This document shows, in pieces, positions 15,182-15,783 of a DNA stretch of 15,783 nucleotides. How positions within the stretch are numbered: the stretch's first letter is position 1; each line of letters opens with the position of its first letter. The translations under genes and the position numbers were made by a program. The stretch spans positions 1-15,783 of the forward strand of contig CAVPSB010000006.1 of the NCBI GenBank assembly GCA_963708025.1, read 5' to 3'. Source of the DNA: an uncultured Candidatus Rokubacteria bacterium (GTDB lineage Bacteria; Methylomirabilota; Methylomirabilia; Rokubacteriales; DASRDR01). The notes beneath the pieces were generated by a model. That model was given only the letters and a program-made list of their open reading frames with translations, was not told the origin of the DNA and made no database searches.

Positions 15182-15783
15182 ATGCCCATCTGGGACGACG
15201 TGATCGGATCGAGCGATCGGACGAGCTTCGCCAAGGGGTACTCGGCGGAGGAGTACATCGGCTTCGGCGAGCGACCGGCGGTGCTGGTCGTGGACATGTG
15301 TCGCGCGTTCGTCGAGGACGCGTATCCGACGGGGAACAGCCGCCACGGCCGGCCGACGGCGGCGGCCATCAGCCGGCTGCTGGCGGCGGCGCGCGAGGCC
15401 GCCGTCCCCGTGCTCTTCACCACCTACTCGGCGAGCGACTTCGCGTACGGGTGGGCCCGGTGGAAGGGGAAGGCGCTGAGCGACCCGCTCATGCACAGCG
15501 AGACCGCCTTCGAGATCGTCCCCGAGCTGCGACCGCGACCGGGGGAGCGGGTGATCGTCAAGACCATGCCGAGTGGGTTCTTCGGCACGCCGCTGGCGAG
15601 CCTGCTCACGTTCCTGGGGGTGGACACCTGCATCGTCACCGGCATGGTGACGAGCGGCTGCGTTCGGGCCACGGTGGTCGATGCCTTCTCGCACAACTAC
15701 CGGGTGGTGGTCCCCGAGGAGTGCGTGGCCGACCGCGGCGAGCTGTCCCACAAGGTGAACCTCTTCGACATCCACATGAAATA
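15182..15783 (+). CDS. Isochorismatase-family cysteine hydrolase (N-carbamoylsarcosine amidase/maleamate amidohydrolase-like), 3' end cut by window
   Basis: Translated by hand because it is absent from the ORF track. AGGAGG RBS; MPIWDDVI...GFGERPAVLVVDM...VIVKTMPSGFFGTPL...TGMVTSGCVRATVVDA...VADR...NLFDIHMK, with the Asp-Lys-Cys triad. Confidence 0.92.
   Translation, partial: MPIWDDVIGSSDRTSFAKGYSAEEYIGFGERPAVLVVDMCRAFVEDAYPTGNSRHGRPTAAAISRLLAAAREAAVPVLFTTYSASDFAYGWARWKGKALSDPLMHSETAFEIVPELRPRPGERVIVKTMPSGFFGTPLASLLTFLGVDTCIVTGMVTSGCVRATVVDAFSHNYRVVVPEECVADRGELSHKVNLFDIHMK

Noticed and set aside
3461-15775. Long minus-strand ORFs (3461-5092, 4933-6546, 7039-8832, 13450-15423, 14762-15775)
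   Set aside because: They are antisense shadows of well-supported plus-strand genes, have no recognisable motifs, and are expected at this GC content.
1-15783. CRISPR array, tRNA/rRNA, transposase, integrase or phage genes
   Set aside because: No regularly spaced repeats, RNA gene signatures or mobile-element protein motifs were seen.
1-15783. Taxonomic assignment (the style recalls Rokubacteria-like high-GC genomes)
   Set aside because: This is an impression only; there is no marker gene in the window to support it.

Overview
High-GC (roughly 70% by eye) bacterial window that is almost entirely one catabolic gene neighbourhood. The left end carries a DddP-like M24 metalloenzyme, a small membrane-anchored hypothetical protein and, on the minus strand, an SDR transcribed divergently from an XRE-cupin (PuuR/SutR-like) regulator. 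A near-consensus sigma70 promoter at 3572-3600 then heads a co-directional run of more than 12 kb: stand-alone DUF1116 (YlbE/AllG-like) protein, GlnT/GMAS-like gamma-glutamyl ligase, PuuD-like gamma-glutamyl hydrolase, PNPOx-like flavin-binding protein, D-2-hydroxyacid dehydrogenase, a complete LivKHMGF-type ABC importer, a UbiD-family (de)carboxylase, a ~68-aa hypothetical protein and an isochorismatase-family amidohydrolase cut by the window end. I do not recognise this enzyme combination as a described pathway; the inference is uptake and breakdown of an amine-bearing, possibly (hetero)aromatic, acid via gamma-glutamylation. A TTTAG-N5-CTAAA-like box occurs three times across the two promoter regions and is a candidate operator. 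A REP-like hairpin occurs twice. Four apparent frameshifts in three genes look like sequencing or assembly indels. No RNA genes, CRISPR arrays or transposases were seen. All family calls come from motif recognition, not database searches.
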